Source of the DNA: Camelus ferus
Taxonomy: Eukaryota
Reading direction: 5' to 3'
DNA length: 64,000 nt
Assembly (NCBI RefSeq): GCF_009834535.1
Contig: NC_045696.1
Span: forward strand, 36,706,001-36,770,000
Shown here: in pieces, positions 61,701 through 64,000 of the stretch
How positions within the stretch are numbered: position 1 is the first letter of the stretch
Layout: each line of letters starts with the position of its first letter
Program-made: the position numbers and the translations under genes
Notes under the pieces: generated by a model
Seen by the model: only the letters and a program-made list of their open reading frames with translations
What the model was told of the DNA's origin: nothing
Database searches by the model: none

Positions 61701-63119
61701 TACTCCACTCAGACTGTAGCACACAACTCTAGGTCACTGTGGCTTCTCCCCACCCCTAATGGCTTGAATATGTACTTTGCTCTGTCTACCTTATGGCCCT
61801 AGAACTGAAACCAGGAAGGAAAAGGAAAAAAAAAGGAGAGAAGAGGCTAAAAGAGATTTCTTATTTGGAAGAATTTAATTAGTAGCCTATAAAACTGATT
61901 GCAGTTTTTTACAGAATAGACTCATCACTCTACTTCATTCAATTTTATTTTATTTGCAATGGACTTGAAAAATGTATCCATTTTGCAAGTCAGGAAAATT
62001 CAGTGTGAATAGGATCTTGGTAGGGAGTGTTGGAGTATTTCTGAAATTCTTTTAGGAGCAGGACACACATATTCGAGATATGTTCTCTTTCGGTATCAGG
62101 AAAAGTGTTAAATTAGACATATGCATATTTCTAAGCAAACTGACTCTGAAATTCTACAGAGAGTCCCTGTGTTATCAACAGTTCAACTGTTCATGCCAAA
62201 AACACAGCTAAACTAAGATGTGCTTCTGCCTTTCTGCATTTTATGCCAAAAGCAATTAGAGTTGATAAAGTCTTGGGCTCAGAAAATTAAGAACCTGTTC
62301 ATGTTGACATACATTTGCAATGTTGATATTTCCAGTCCAGCATGGATTTTCTATTTAAGGCCATATGCAATCCTTTTCTACAGAATTGGAAAAAAGTCTG
62401 AATGTGGACTAAAAAAAGGGGCCTTGATGTATGAAAGCAATCATTAAAATCTACATCAAAAGAAAGCATATACGAAGGTTCCGTTTAACAGCTTAACAGG
62501 TGTTTTCCAAGCTTACTGACTGCCAAAGCCTTTACATTTCTTTTTTCCTTTCTCTATTTCTCCCTTCCTTCTCCCCTCTCCTCTCCTCCTCTCTTTCCTT
62601 CTCCTCTCCTCACTTCTCCTCTTTCTTCCCCGCCCCAATTTTTTCTTTTAAATTGTTGAAACTTGCTTTATGGCATACAGGAGAATTTTTTTTTTAAAGT
62701 TCTATTTATTCTGAGGAAGAATACACATTATTCACTTTTAGGATACAGAGTTCTATATTTAATAACACTTATTTAGTGTATTGTTCAAAAAATTTAATAC
62801 ATTGCTAATGAGAGTGAGGTCAAAGCATTTATAAACCTTATGGCATACATGTCTAATCAGTATAGGTATAAACTATAAAGAACTGGCACATACAGGCAGA
62901 TGGTCCTATCGAATAAGTAGTACATTGTCTATCTGATCTTTTAAGAGAGGTGTATTGAAACTCTTAACACTATGGTTGCTTTTTCAATTATTCTTCGAAT
63001 TCTAAAAATATATTGTTTTTATTAGTTGCATATGCATTTTAGGACTGCAATAACTTTCCAGAGAATTGAATTTAAAAAAAAAAACAACTATGATTCATTG
63101 ACTCCTTTTATCCTTAATA

Positions 63120-63365
63120 ATGTACTTCTCTGCCTATGTGATCTTTGACCCTTCAGTTGGGATCCAGAGCATCTTTACAGGGAGATTTCAGGGAAGCAAG
63201 AGAGTGAGAATGGAAGCTGTAAAATCTATTACTTGCCTAAAAACAGCACAATGTCACTTCAGCTGCAGGTCACAAGGCCAGTCAGATTCAAATATTAGAG
63301 AAATAGACTGTCTCTTGATGAGTGAAGCTGGAAATAGTTTGTGGGCATTTTTAATCGTCCACAGA
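63120..63365 (-). mobile_element. Old MLT1 fragment
   Basis: cacaatgtcacttcagctgc..gtcacaaggccagtcagattcaa..gaaatagactgtctcttgatg. Confidence 0.55.
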
Positions 63366-63694
63366 CTATTCCTACTTACTGTAATTACTGATATACTTGG
63401 ATGTATTTTTACTGTTGTATTTTGAGCTTTATACTTATCCTTTTTTTCCCCTCATTTCTTGTATTATTTGGATTAATTCAATATTTATTTTTAATTTTAT
63501 TTTCTCTGTATGGCTACTAAAGTTAAAAGCTCTATTTCTATTTTCACCAAGATCATCTAACTTTAGGAAGTTAAAAATCTAACCAGTGTCTTCATCAGCA
63601 AAAGAGACTTGAGCAGTTTTAATTCAGATTACAATTTCTCTCCCCTCTCTTTCAGGATTGTAAACTATCACTGTCCAGTATCTTAGTTTGACTT

Positions 63695-63852
63695 TAGAAA
63701 ACTTTATCTGTTTAGAGCAGTGTTAGGTTTACAGCAAAGTTGAAAGGCGCATACAGAGATTTCCCCACATGCCTCCGCCCATACATGCATATTCTTGCCA
63801 TCTATCACCATCCCCCACTAGAGCAGTACAGTTGTCACAACTGATGAACCTG
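63695..63852 (-). mobile_element. L1MC-like 3' end fragment
   Basis: tagagcagtgttaggtttacagcaaagttgaaag..tacagagatttcccc..gttgtcacaactgatgaacct. Confidence 0.8.
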
Positions 63853-64000
63853 TGGTTCTACTTTTGAACTTAATCAGATTAAACATTTATTTTTACTATT
63901 ACTTTGTGTAAACAATGTTTAAAAGTTCCACCATGTTTTTGATCACCTTTTAAAAAAAATCACATACTTCTGCTCGATTTGTATTCAGCTTAGTTTTTGT

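Larger units (their letters stand above)
59600..61800 (-). mobile_element. Old L1MC4/MC5-like 3' region, including its degenerate tandem-repeat block
   Basis: aataaggacattctc, tgattagactcaggttatgc, ttccttgctttttggcacaagcagatatcc, tgagttcacactggtatttccaattctaattcaa, and repeats at about 61060-61700. Confidence 0.7.

Noticed and set aside
236..63582. The many 60-150 aa ORFs in the track as genes
   Set aside because: Most are antisense L1 frames, simple-repeat translations or low-complexity chance ORFs, often with non-ATG starts.

Overview
AT-rich mammalian genomic DNA, most likely camelid (camel/alpaca type). That call rests on my recognition of a Vic-1-like tRNA-derived SINE at 59881-60006 and of the young L1 3' UTRs; no database search was run. 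No known cellular gene is recognisable. The window is dominated by transposable elements: young and old LINE-1 pieces, L2, MIR, CR1/L3, ERV1/ERV2/ERVL LTRs, MaLR LTRs, hAT MITEs and microsatellites. The longest ORFs in the track are TE-derived (L1 ORF2, ERVL gag-like, L1MC 3' UTR repeats). The best observations are: (1) a probable single retro-insertion at 47581-49846 in which L1 ORF2 joins ERV1 sequence exactly at an L1 cryptic splice donor, ends at the LTR poly(A) site and is flanked by a decayed 15-bp TSD; (2) a three-level nest (ERV2 LTR < L1 minus < L1 plus) forming a near-perfect inverted repeat at 51167-51803; (3) a tail-less internal L1 fragment patched into an L2; (4) a candidate RFX-type promoter near 33.3 kb with phase-compatible putative exons downstream. 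Family names come from memory of consensus sequences and need RepeatMasker/Dfam confirmation. I found no evidence of a new multi-gene biological system.
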